A stretch of DNA of 64,000 bases from Chrysemys picta bellii (Eukaryota): positions 240,126,001 to 240,190,000 of the forward strand of contig NC_088792.1 of the NCBI RefSeq assembly GCF_011386835.1. The letters are read 5' to 3'. Both the position numbers and the translations under genes were made by a program. Under the pieces are notes generated by a model. It saw only the letters and a list, made by a program, of their open reading frames with translations. It was not told the origin of the DNA and did not search any database. Below are positions 22,400 through 34,753 of the stretch, piece by piece; the stretch's first letter is position 1; every line of letters begins with the position of its first letter.

Positions 22400-23546
22400 A
22401 TCCTGACCAGAGAGGCTACCAACCCACTGACAAGACAGCAGGGATGAAATCCTGTCCCCACTGAAGTCAATGGGAGTTTTGCCACTGATATTGCTCCAAG
22501 TTTCAGCAGCAAACACCCATAATTAAGCTCCCAGTACTATCTGCCACTACCTCCCCTAATGTGACCACAGTAGCAGCAGCCTCTTCATGGTTTCTGTCTC
22601 CATCCTCACAGACATCAGTACCTGTCATCTTTCTGGACACACTAGGACTCCAGTCTCTATTTGCAACAGCCAAGGGATTTGTCCATTCCCCCCAAAAAAC
22701 AATTTGGTTCAACCTAAACTGTAAATTCCAAAAAAAAAAAAAAAAGGTGAATCAAATATGTCCTCCCCAAGTGCCCCAACAGCTAGTTAAAGAGAGATTC
22801 TCACTCTCTGGTCCACTGGTTATTCGAGTATTGTCTGTAAAGTGGAACAGCTTCAACAGGAGACACTGAGAGAGACCCACCCCAGCCTATGCTATAACCT
22901 AGAGGTTAGGGCACTTTCCTGTAATGGAAGAGACCCAAGTACAAATCCCTGCTCCATATCAGGCAGAGCAGGGAACTGAAGCTGGGTCTCCTACATCCCA
23001 GGAGAGTGCTCTAATCACTGGCCTAAAAGCTCTAACTTCGGTGTTTCCTGCTGCTGTTGCTGCCACCTCCCTCCTTGCCCACCACTGCTTTGTGAATGGC
23101 AACTCACTTCCCCACAAAATTTTATTTTGGCCAGAACTATTCGGTGAAATCATGGCAAATACCAAGAGTTTTGGGTTGACCAAAAGTGCATTTTTGGCAA
23201 ATAAATCATTTGTCCTAAAAATTTCACTCTGCTCTGATCTCTCTACCTTGCCTAGCATACCTCCTACCTCAGCCTTTATCACCTGAGTTTTAAGGAACGC
23301 AAACAATCTTTGAATAATGAGCAACCACCCCCACTTCCCCTCTGACACACCAGCTGAAGACAAATCAGGACTGCTAGGGCCTGTGGAGGACATTAGTAGT
23401 GGCTAGGACTTGCAGGTGGAATGAATTGGAGAGATTGAGAGAATTCCTAATTGATGCGAGTATTGAGGGTCATATGTGGTAATGGCAGAGCAGCCCTCTT
23501 CACTGCAGCTAGGTGGGGGGAAAATTGACAAAAAGTTGAAGTAAAT

Positions 23547-23569
23547 CACACACACACACACACACACAC
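23547..23569. repeat. (CA)n microsatellite
   Basis: Direct read. Confidence 0.9.
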
Positions 23570-23986
23570 TGTTTGAGCACTGTACTCATGGCAGGGAGAA
23601 TATAAGATGTTGGTGGAGCCAGGTTTGAGAGCAATCAGAACGTGATCGGTTTAGAGGGAAGTACTTGCTAGGAGTCAGGAAGTATCACCACAGCAGTAAT
23701 CAAGCCTTGTGTCGGCCTCACAGGCAAATCAGGAAGGGACTTCCTAAATCTACACAAACTGACAGGTCTCTTTACAGCTGATCCCTCTCTGATTAGGGAA
23801 AGCTGATTCTTCTGTTTTTTACTGTGTCCCACTATTGAAAAAACTCAATTTTATTTAGAAGCTACCTTTGGGACTAACATCCTTTACTGAACAACTTCCC
23901 TTGTGAACTCTGCCAGCTGTAAGGATTTTAGTTTAGGTCAAAGAAATAAAAGGGAAATGATTGGTGTCTTTGCATTGCCTCTCCTG

Positions 23987-24029
23987 ATTGGATGTTGTTG
24001 AGTATCACATGTTCAGGGCATCTTTAAAA
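23987..24029 (+). promoter_or_regulatory. Gene D promoter module
   Basis: ATTGGATGTTGTTGAGTATCACATGTTCAGGGCATCTTTAAAA. Confidence 0.7.
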
Positions 24030-24128
24030 GGAAGCTATTGAGCTTAGGTAGCTTATAATAGCTTCAGGTCTTTGAGAGAGAATAATTTTTTTTTTTGGTT
24101 AGTAATAGTATCAACTACAGTCTATATC

Positions 24129-24201
24129 ATGTGTGAGTTATTTTTAGGAACCTGGAAACTCATTTCTAGTGAAAACTTTGACAGCTATATGAAAGAACTG
24201 G
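24129..24201 (+). CDS. FABP paralog D coding exon 1
   Basis: 73 nt, donor GTAAGG. Confidence 0.93.
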
Positions 24202-27200
24202 GTAAGGAGTATACTATAATTCAAGTAGGAAATCTCTCTCCTAATAGATGATTCTGAGAATGTATTTAATTCCATTTATTTACTCAACTTAGTTTTCTAC
24301 TCATGGTTGCTTCACTTTAGATTGCTGATGCTTATTTGGGATAATAGAACATAGTTCCTGGCTTTTCTTTATATTTTACAAATATTTCTTTCTAGCTAAT
24401 GATTCAGATGATGATGATGATGTTCTCTCCCTTTTCCTAATAAGGGGAAGATACTGTTTGAATCTGCCTGGGGCTGTTATCTACTGATAATGCTTTCTTG
24501 ACTATCAGTCCTTTGAATGAGTTGCTTGTGGAACCCGTGGGTTAATGCTCACTAATACGCAATAAAAGTTATGAGGGCCCTAATGTAACTATGTGAATGA
24601 CTGATACCCAGGTATGACAGGTTTTTTTACCACATAGATTTCCCCTCTTTCTGTATTTCTGCTAATCTCCGTGATCTCCTTGGTACTTCAGTTAGAGCCC
24701 ATTCAGGTGTTCGTGAGAGAGCGTCTAGTACATCCACAGACCTCTTCAGCAAGTTGCAGTGAGCTATGTCTCCCTTCTGGACATGCATGTAAAATCCAAG
24801 CTGTTAACTTGTGCTTTTCTTTTCAAGGGGTGGGTTTTACGACTAGGAAACTTGGCAGCCTGGCCAAGCCCAGTGTGATCATCAGCATCAATGATGACGT
24901 AATAACCATCAAGACAGAGAGCACCTTTAAAAACACAGAGATCTCCTTCAAGCTGGGGGAAGAGTTTGAGGAAACCACAGCAGATGACAGGAAAACCACG
25001 GTGAGGGCTAATCCTTCAGGATGTCCTGCAAAGGACACCTGGGTTTGTGCCCTTTCTTGCCTCATGATTATTTTTGTCTTGATATGGCTTTCTTCCTTTT
25101 CCCCAATCTCCATAAGTATGGGGGAATCCCATGGCTGACCCTAGGGCAATCATGTGCCCACTGTGAACCCACAAACTAAATCCCACCCATCTTCTAAGGC
25201 ATTTCAACATCTAAGTCTCTTTGAGGATCCAGGTCTAACGTCTAGGCAACCAGAAAACTCAGGCTTTGTGAATCCCAGGAATTAAGTACCTAGGCTCCCT
25301 ATATAATGAGAGCAGAGACCAGCACCTCAGAATGGGATCCACAGAAACTGGCATGCTAGGCAGTGAACGGCCTAAGCTAGCCAATGGGAAACGATGATGA
25401 GAGGGGTGTGTTGTAAGGTCCCTCCCTCTCACAGAATTGGGTGCCTATGTCTGGGTCAGGGAGGTGCTTATCACCTGCTTGCAGCCCACAGCTGGAACCC
25501 CTCTCCCAAAGTTGATGGCTTAGGTGCCCAAGCTGCCCTATTGCCAGAATGGTTTGGGGAGGAGGAAGTGGCAGTGGTGGCAGCAGCCTTCCTTAGCCCA
25601 GGAGTTAGGGATGTGGGAGACTTCAGTTTAAATTCCCCACACACACCTGGCCTGAGAAGAAGGGCTTTGTACAGGCATCTCCCACCACTCAGGTGAGTGC
25701 CCCAAGTACTTGGCCAAATGAGACTCACTCTGTTGTCCCAATTAATATTTATTTGAAGTAGAATAGCTGCAACAGGAGAGACTGAGTGTCCTGTCAGAAT
25801 ATCCCAGAGTCCATTTGCTTCTCTTCTCTTGACAGAGCACTGTAACCTTGGACAATGGCTCTCTGACTCAGGTGCAGAAGTGGGATGGGAAACAGACCAC
25901 AATAAAGAGAGCGCTGGTGGATGGGAAGATGGTTATGGTTAGTTCAATTCTTTTTTTTTTTTTCTTTAACCCCCTCATCTGAGCATTAAATTCTTTTGAA
26001 CTAGAAAAGCACAGACTAAATGCTGCTGTGACTTATGATGGGGAACATGAGGAATGTAAAAAATACAATGTAGGGAAGTTTCACTTGAAATAAAACTGGT
26101 GGAGAGACCACAAATCAAGCTCTGTATCGGGGTGCTGGAACAACTTGTATAGTGCAGGTGCTGAGACCCATTGAACCAAACTGTAACCCCATATATAATT
26201 GAAGCCACTTAAAGCCAGGGGATGCAGCAGCACCCCTACTTCCAGCACCTATGGACTGTGTCATTGTATTAGCTGCTAAGTTAGGGGCTGGCAAACTTTT
26301 TGGCCTGAGGGCTGCATTGGGTTTCTGAAATTGTACAGAGGGCCAGTTAGGGGAGGGTGTGCCTCCCCCAAACAGTCAGGCCAGGCGTGGCCTGGCCCTT
26401 GCCCCCATCCAACCGCTCCTGCTTCTCACCCCCTGATGGCCTCCTGGGACTCCTGTCCCATCCAACCCTCCCTTCCCCCCCCCCCCCCCATTCCCTGTCC
26501 CCTGAGAGCCCCCAGAATCCCTGCCTCTGACTGCCCCCGTCACCCCCATCCAACCCCTGGTCTCATTCCTGACTGCCCCCCTCAGAACTCCTGCCCCATT
26601 CAACCCCCCTCTCCTCCCTGCCTGCCCCCATTCAACCCCCCCCCCCGTTCCCTGCCCTCTGACCACCACCCCAAACTCCCCTGCCCTCTATCCTCCTCCC
26701 GCTCCCTGCCCCCTTACCACGCTGCCTGGAGTACCGGTGGCTGGCAGCGCAACAGCCACGCTGCCTGGCTGGAGCCAGCTATGCCACAGCGCACAGCACC
26801 AGGTCAGGCCCCGGCACTGCAGCTGCGCTGCCCCAGGAGCTTGCAGCCCAGAGCATTGTGCTGGCGGCAGAGCAAGCAAGCTGAGGCTGCAGGGGAGGAG
26901 CACAGCAGGGGAGGGGCTGGGGGCTAGCCTCCTGTGACAGGAGCTCAGGGGCCAGGCAGGAGGGTCCCGCAGGTCCCGTAGTTTGCCCACCTCTGTGCTA
27001 AGTGATGAACAGAAAGGTAGGGGAAGATAGGAGCCCTGCCAATCAAGTGCACTAGGCAGAGAAGTAGAGTATATTTAGTGAGCAGCTAGCACTAAAGAAT
27101 TCCTGGAGGCAAGAAATGTCTGGTTTCTTTTTCTGATGACATGAATATCATAGTGATGGGCACTAAATAAACACCTTTGACTCTGAGAAATGACCAACAT

Positions 27201-27329
27201 CCTTGCCCTACTTAGACTCATAAAATTCTGGTGTGATGTTTCAGAAGTTTCAATCCATTTTATTTTCTCCCGCCCTAGGAATGCACCATGAATAATGTCA
27301 CCTGCACTAGAGTCTACGAGAGGGCCTGA
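24129..27329 (+). CDS. FABP paralog D (tandem duplicate of C), 132 aa; join(24129..24201,24828..25000,25836..25937,27279..27329)
   Basis: [132 protein letters not shown]. 20 aa differences from C by manual count, AATAAA 27501-27506. Confidence 0.95.
24828..25000 (+). CDS. FABP paralog D exon 2
   Basis: 173 nt, AG/GTGAGG flanks. Confidence 0.93.
25836..25937 (+). CDS. FABP paralog D exon 3
   Basis: 102 nt, GACAG acceptor, GTTAGT donor. Confidence 0.92.
26282..26995. mobile_element. hAT MITE in D intron 3
   Basis: TAGGGGCTGGCAAAC...GTTTGCCCACCTCTG, perfect TSD TGCTAAGT. Confidence 0.85.
27279..27329 (+). CDS. FABP paralog D exon 4
   Basis: 51 nt, [16 protein letters not shown]. Confidence 0.93.
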   Translation, partial: ECTMNNVTCTRVYERA

Positions 27330-28706
27330 GGAATTCCCATCTCCACACCGGATCAGAACTTGCTGCTGAGAATCAGTTCAGGGACTGTAGCTGCACTACA
27401 CTGCTGTCTGCTTGTGCAAGCCACTTGCTTCACGTTGGGAAACAAATGCATTCAAAGCAGTTCTGTAACTAACTTGAAATATTGGTGTCTGTGGCTACTA
27501 AATAAATCACTTCTGAACACATGGTGGAATCGTCTACTCTTAGCTGACTCTCTGCCAGTCTAAAATAGCACTGAAATACAAACTACCATTATCCAGCAGT
27601 GGTAGAGATTTAGGTTTGGTGTGGGGGTGGTGGGTTTTTTGGGTTTGGTTTTTAATTTTGTGTGTGGTGTCTCTTTTTATTATTATCCCACCAAGACCAT
27701 AAACCCTGTCACAGTCATTGCTAGTGATGGTAGAGGGGTGGGGAATCAACAGCCCTAGGCTCACTTCCAGTTTGTTTTATGTTCCTAAACTCATGCTGCA
27801 GGGTTTCAGCTGGCTGCCTGCAGAGGTCAAAAGGGATTTTTCTTCCCTCCCTCTACACAATTCCCCACAATGTATTCTGGAGAGGGTGTTTTGTTTTTTA
27901 ATTTGCTTCCTCTGAAGCCTCAGGGATGGCCAGGGGACACTGGGGATGGGATGCTTGATGGGGAGGGCCAGGGCTCTGAGGTAGCACTGATGAGCAGTCT
28001 CTCTGCTTGGCTGGCTGGTTCTTGCTCACATTCTCGGTCTAGCTGATTGCCGTATGTGAGGTTAGAATGGCACTGACCTGGTGTGGGAGGCAGGAGAAGG
28101 TTGCCTTCCTCTGCAGCATATAGGAGTGGGTCGCTTGCCAGGATTATTTGGGTATATCTCACTTCATTTCCCTGGCATTGTGGGGGGGCTTGGGTGCTGG
28201 TGTAACTCTGTCCCTCCTGTTTCCTGCCTGTGGCACATAAGTCTAGTCTCCTCAGGGCTGTAAATCAGACCAAACTATTCAGTTTTTGGGTTAAGTGTGT
28301 AGGTGCTGAGTGGTGGTCTGTGATAGAGCAGAGATAAGATCAGATGATCTGGTGGATCCTCTAGCCTTAACCCCTGTGATTCTAGTAATGGCACATAATA
28401 TTGCAATGACTGACACTGCTGTTCTAGCTAAAGCAAAAACACTTGCTTCCTCAGCAATTGTCATCTTTATCAAAGAGCTATCTGATGGCAGTTCTCAAAT
28501 AGATCAATTTCCCAACCTACAAGTGGGGAAGCTCCTCCAAGTTAAGTTCCATAGTACCTGAGCTGTGGGATCAGACACCTGTTTTACTCCAAACAGTATC
28601 TAGTCATGGAACTTTAAGAGTGTAATCATTCAAATAGTCCAACACAGTTACACATGTAAGGTGCTAACTGGAAAGCAAGTATAACTCTGCTGCAATAAGC
28701 AAATAC

Positions 28707-29977
28707 ATTATGAAGCACTTGGAGGAAAAGAACAGTTTAGGAACAGTTACCATGGATTCACAAGGGCAAGTTATGCCTGACCAACCTGATTGCCTTCTAC
28801 AATGAGATAACTGGCTCTGTCAATATGGGGAAAGTGGTGGACATGAGATACCTTGACTCCAGCAAAGCTTTTGATATGGTCTCCCACCTTATTCTTGCCA
28901 GCAAGTTAAAGAAGTCTGCATTGGATAAATGGACTATACGGTGAATAGAAAGCTAGCTAGATCATCAGGCTCAACAGATAGTGATCAACAGCTCAATGTC
29001 TAGTTGGCAGCTGGTCTCAAGCAGAGTGCGCCAGGGGTCGGTCCCGGGGCCAGTTTTGTTCATTAATGATCTGGGTGATGGGTATGGATTGCACCCTCAG
29101 CAAGCTTGTAGATGATGCTAAACTGTGGGGAGAGGTAGATATGCTGGAGGGTAGGGATAGGGCCCAGAGGGACCTAGACAAATTGAAGGATTGGGCCAAA
29201 AGAAATCTGATGAGGTTCAATAAGGACAAGTGCAGAGTCCTGCACTTAGTATGGAAGAATCCCATGCACTGGTACAGGCTGGGGCCCGACTCGCTAAGTG
29301 GCAGTTCTGCAGAAAAGGACCTGGGGATTACAGTGGACAAGAAGTTGGATATGAGTCAACAGTGTGCCCTTGTTGCCAAGAAGGCTAATGGCATATTAGG
29401 CTGCATTAGTAGGAGCATTGCCAGTAGATCAAGGAAAGTGATTATTCCCCTCTTTTTGGCACTGGTGAGGCCACATATGGAGTATTGTGTCCAGTTTTGG
29501 GGCCCCCACTACAGAAAGGATGTGGACAAATTGGAGAGAGTCCAGTGGAGGGCAACCAAAATGATTAGGGGAGTGGGGCACATTATTTCTGAGGAGAGGC
29601 TAAGGGAACTGGGCTTGTTTAGGCTGGGGAAGAGTGAGAGGGGATTTGATAGCAGCCTTCAGCTACCTGAAGGGGGATTTCAAAGAGGATGGAGCTAGGC
29701 TGTTCTCAGTGATGGCAGATGACAGAACAAGGAGTAATCATCTCAAGTTGCAGTGGGGGAGGTCTAGGTTGGATATTAGGAAAAACTATTTCCCTAGGAG
29801 GATGGTGAAATGGGTTACCTAGGGAGGTGGTGGAATCTCCTTCCTTAGAGGTTTTTAAGGTCAGGCTTGACAAAGCCCTGGCTGGGATGATTTAGTTGGG
29901 GTTGGTCCTGCTTTGAGCAGGGGGTTGGACTAGATGACCTCCTGATGTCTCTTCCAACCCTAATTTTCTATGATTCT
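28707..29977 (+). mobile_element. CR1 LINE, 5'-truncated (RT and 3' UTR)
   Basis: ORF track 29066-29698 (KLVDDAKLWG, RPHMEYCVQFWGPH), 3' end GGACTAGATGACCTCC...TTCTATGATTCT. Absent from the homologous site downstream of gene C. Confidence 0.93.
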
Positions 29978-32159
29978 CTGTAAAATTCCAACAGTTTGCA
30001 GCTCAGCTTAGATCTAACCAAAACCAAACTAGAGCAGCAAGATCCCCTAAAGCTAACAATCAGTTTCCAAAATGCTATGGAAAATGAACTGTACACTGGT
30101 TACTTCCATACCTCCCATTCTCTGAATATTGGCATTTATATCTGAATCAGGTGTGATTCTTTCTCTTGTTCTTACATCTTGAGTTACTTAATATCCTGAA
30201 AAGGTCATGGGACTGTAAGATTCTTAGCTATCACACTTCAACTAAATGTAAAATACTTGGATCATAGAAGTTTGTTTAGGGGTGTTTCTCTAGTGTGTTC
30301 ATCCTCCCCTTACCAGCAGAGCATTCCATTATGGTGATAGGATAACTTGTAGGCTATGACTTACTTTCCCAGTTGTCTTTTAAAAGAGTGGCCAGAAGTA
30401 AATTTCCTGAGGTAATGCAGAACACAAACTCTAGGCTTCAGTTCCCTGCTTCTCCAGTTTCCTTTGTTCCCTTTATAGTCCACCACTTGGATTCTACTTC
30501 CACCCTAACACATTCATGCTTTATTTTGTTTTTTTAAAAATACACACTCATCTAGTAGCTGTTTGACAGCAAGTGGCCTCCCTCGCCTTTTCCTCTTATG
30601 ATTTTTCTGCCTTTTGTACAAGGCAGGAAAGGTGCTTCCAACACCAAAAGCAACCAATAGTGTGTTATCTCAGCTCACCCTGATGCTGGATTTTACCAGG
30701 AGATGACACAGCAAGAATCTCCCCATGTGTGAATCTGCAGAGGAGTGGCCATGAGACATACGACACCTAGATGTGATTTGAAAAATTGTCCATCTGCAAC
30801 TGCAAAGATCACTCCATTTCTTGGAAAAGTGATCACAAAACTGGTGATAGAATTTTTTTAAAAGAAAAAAGATTTAGAGATAAGGAAAGAAAGTACAGAT
30901 CTAGCAAGGTGTGTGCCAAATCCCACTGCTTACTCCTTTTACATTTTGCAGCATCTCATCTTCCATTCCTCATGTGTATATTGCTGGTACAGCCATCAAT
31001 CCTGCACTAAGACACCCATAAAAATGAAAACTGTTTTTAAAATACAGTAGAATCAAAAATCTTCATGCCCCACTACCTCCCTCCACCAGGGCCAGAAATG
31101 CAGGCAGCCCATTGACACCAAGCATGAAATCCTGGCCCCATTGAATCAGTGGGAGTTTTGCCAGTGATGTTGCTCCAGGTCTCAGAAGTAAACACCATAA
31201 TTCAGCCCCAAGTACTATCTGCCTCCTCCATAGGGCCTTTTGGGGGCAGAACTCTGAAGTCACTAGCTCCATTAATATGGCCGCAAGAGCAGCAGCATCT
31301 TTATGGTCCCCGTCTCCAGTCCCAAAGACATCAATACCTGTATTCTTTTTGGACACCCTGGGACCGCAGTCTTCATTTGAAGCAGTCAAGGGGTTTGTCT
31401 GATCCCATTGCTCTGCCTTGCCTTATATGCCTCCTGCTGTAGACTTTGTCACCTGTTGGAAGGACAATGTCTACCTGACAATAAATTAAATGTTGTCACA
31501 GCTACAATGTATTCCCAGGTCACCCAGCCACATTTGTACTTTTAAAGCCACATGTCCCTAGTTTTTTAAATGTCTTGTTCTCCCCTGGTGCTCTGTGAGA
31601 GATGCACACAAACAACAAATGGAACTGACTATGCATAAAGTGTTGTCCAATGAACAAAGCAATCAAACAATAAACAGATAAAATATTAGTTTAACCTCTT
31701 TCATTTATAAGAATCTTAGGAGTAATTGTCTCTGTAGTAGGTAAAATAATCTCAGACACAATGTAGTTTTAAAATTAATATTCTGTTATTTTTTCAAATA
31801 CCCATTTTCTTTTGTTGTTATGTTGATACGGGAAAGACCCGCTAACACCCATTTTGCTGTTATTGTTATTGGTGTACTGTAGCCTTCTTTGTTAATTCTG
31901 GTGTTCCTTTAAAACTACTGCTGCTCTCATTTAGCAAAGCAGGTCAGAAGTTCTTCTGTTGGGGAAATTTTTTTTGAAGCTATGAAACATGGTGTGTTTG
32001 GACTTTAAGATGTTATCAAAATGTCAGGATCCTGTTAGGATAATTCATTCAACTTTAAGGTGTTGCTACCACTTTTGATTGGGGTTTTGCGCTAAAAGAA
32101 ATGGAGCCTCTGATGTAATCTGGTCCTGGAATGGATTCTCCAAAAACACTTCAGTTCCC

Positions 32160-32204
32160 ATTGGTCAGCCCCAGATAATCACATGTTCAGGCCATCTTTA
32201 TAAA
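32160..32204 (+). promoter_or_regulatory. Gene E promoter module with canonical TATAAA
   Basis: ATTGGTCAGCCCCAGATAATCACATGTTCAGGCCATCTTTATAAA. Confidence 0.72.
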
Positions 32205-32301
32205 GAAGCTGTCTAAGGTAGTTTCTCCATTTTCTTTTGCTCCCTCTCACTGAGAGTTGCTGACTTTTCCCTGTGGCGTGTTACTTAACAAGCCCTACAG
32301 A

Positions 32302-32374
32302 ATGTGTGACCTGTTTGTGGGAATCTGGAAGTTTGTCTCCAGTGAAAAATTTGAGGACTATATGAAAGAACTGG
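32302..32374 (+). CDS. FABP paralog E coding exon 1
   Basis: 73 nt, donor GTGAGA. Confidence 0.93.
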
Positions 32375-34753
32375 GTGAGAAAAATGATACTGTGATATTT
32401 GGGGATGTCCCATTGTTCAGCAAGGGAAGTGTAACTAGCCACATACTCTGTTTTGGGATTTCTTTCATTGTTCTTAGGGACTCTTGCTCATGTAGTTCCC
32501 TAGTACTCAATAAGGAAAAAAATGAGGCTGTATCAAAGTTTAAATTCCTTTTAAAAAAAGAAATGTTGCTTCAGTTAACTAGAAATACCTACGGTGTCTT
32601 CCTAGATTTTTATAAGATTCTGACCTTGCATCTTCTTAGGCAGGGGATTAGGATTGAAAGGGAAGAAGCTGCTGCTATAACACTGTAGGTGTAATTTGCT
32701 TGTTCAGTAGTATGTGTAGAGAAAGTCTTATTTAATATTGGATGACCACTTTCTGTCTTGATAATGGGGACATAAAAGGGCAGGCTCTGGCTCCTAGCAT
32801 CTACCACTATAAAGCAATGGAAGCTAAAAAACTGAAGGCTAAATCTTGTTTTGATCTATGCTGGTGTACATCCGGAAGGAGTCAATGGCATTGTCTCCAA
32901 TTCTCTGTTGTAAGAGACCAAAATGTGGATGTTGGTATCAGAGACCGCAATATCACCAATAACTTATTATTCCGGGCACCAGAGTGTAGTGCTTAGGGGA
33001 AGCAGTAGATGGGTAACAGCTGAGCTATAGTTTACCCTCTTTTAGGGTTCCAATCTAAAACCTGCATAGCTTTGGGGTTCACTGATTGGGTTAAAGACTT
33101 CTACCCTGTGATTACTGCTTTGCTGAGAGAACTGTAGCAGCAGAATGTACCTTTAAACTGAAAATGCAAAGCTCATAAAGCTGACCTCCCTACACCAGCT
33201 CTTTCTAGATTCCATGTGGGACAGAGTTTGTCCGCTGCTGATGGAACAATGCGGTGTGTGTGTGTCTTTTTACAGGCCTGTCAGCTGTATAAATAAGAGG
33301 TCTAAGTAGCCTGGTTGTCAGGTGGCTAGAAACATTCAGATCAGATGAGGCATTGAGCCTGAACTCCCAACGTGTTTGGAATGTCCCACACAGAGAGGAT
33401 AGACACTTTAAAGAAATGTCTTGGTTCCTGATGGTGAACGTAAGTGTCTTGTGCCTCTGCAGGTGTGGGTTTAGCCACCAGGACACTGGGCAGCCTGGCC
33501 AAACCCACCGTGACCATCAGCAGGGATGGTGATGTGATAACCATCGAAACAAAGAGTACTTTCAAAAGTACTGAGGTCTCCTTCAAGTTGGGGGAGGAGT
33601 TTGAGGAAACCACAGCAGATGACAGGAAAACCAAGGTGAGTACTAAAGCAGCATTCATTCTTCATTCCCATTACTCCATTGAGGAGAAACAAACTGAAGG
33701 GAGAAAGTTCCCTATTTAAACAAAGGGTTCAGGGAATGTGAAACTTGGTTCTGGGTTAAATATCATTAAAATCTCTTAAACTCATTTTTAACCATCAGTG
33801 CCTGCTGTTGGACAACAAGAATGGGAGCAGTCAACTTTGCTAGCATATGTTCTTGCATTAACATAAACACAAATAACTGAGTTGGAAACATCTGGGGGAT
33901 TTCTCTAGTTCTAAACTTCAGACTGTTCTCCCCCACCCCTCAACTCTCAGATTCTGGTCAATTACTCTCTTTGCAGAGCATTGTCACCTTGGAAGAAGGC
34001 TCACTAACTCAGGTGCAGAAGTGGGATGGTAAAGAGACCACAATAAAGAGAAAACTAGCAGATGGGAAGATGATTGTGGTGAGTGAAATCACTTGACTAC
34101 TGGCTAGTGGTATTAACTATATCTTAATGGGATTGCATCAGGGCTGACTCAAGCAAACCCAGGGCTTTCTAAAAAGCCACTTAATTGCATTCCTTCTGAC
34201 TGCCTAGACTATGATTTAGTGTGGAACTATTCCCCACCTGCCTCAAATCTCTATACCAGCTTGGGGTGGGAAGCAAAGCTCAGTCCCATGTGTGGAAGAA
34301 TTAGCTGGTGAATGGGTGGCAGCACTGTCCAAACTGCTGCTGTAACCAGAAAAACCCTGTTTGAATTGCATAGTCAAAATGCACCTATGCTCCAATGGAA
34401 GTGGGGTAAGATAAACAAAATGGAAGCAAATGAGAACTACCTAAACATGACACACTCTTGGGATGGTCAAGGCTGAGATGAAGTGATGAGCTCCATTGTC
34501 TTATTGCAATAATGGACAAACTGTCCTTCCCTCTTCTGCTTAAATTGAAGAAAAAGGCAAAGAACCCTAATATGTATCTAGGGAATTACTAAAATACTAT
34601 TACTATAGTTCTGAGGGGGCAGAAAAGATTGGCTCTTATTTCAACAGCAGTCTGAATCTCACTGATAGTTCATGAGTTTCAATAAACTCCTTTTTCTTAC
34701 AGGAATACACCATGAACAATATCACTTGCACTAGAGTCTATGAGAGAGCATGA
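32302..34753 (+). CDS. FABP paralog E (FABP4/FABP12-like), 132 aa; join(32302..32374,33463..33635,33977..34078,34703..34753)
   Basis: [136 protein letters not shown] introns, TATAAA 32199-32204, AATAAA 34925-34930. Confidence 0.95.
33463..33635 (+). CDS. FABP paralog E exon 2
   Basis: 173 nt, TGCAG acceptor, GTGAGT donor. Confidence 0.93.
33977..34078 (+). CDS. FABP paralog E exon 3
   Basis: 102 nt, TTGCAG acceptor, GTGAGT donor. Confidence 0.93.
34703..34753 (+). CDS. FABP paralog E exon 4
   Basis: 51 nt, [16 protein letters not shown]. Confidence 0.93.
   Translation, partial: EYTMNNITCTRVYERA

Noticed and set aside
22900-22990. tRNA-like A/B-box sequence (GGTTAGGGCAC..GTACAAATCCCTG)
   Set aside because: The B-box is degenerate and there is no cloverleaf. 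It is a tRNA-derived repeat remnant at most, not a tRNA gene.
10015-34753. Assigning FABP4, PMP2 or FABP9 symbols to genes B-E
   Set aside because: Diagnostic motifs are mixed, and orthology cannot be settled without a tree and synteny.
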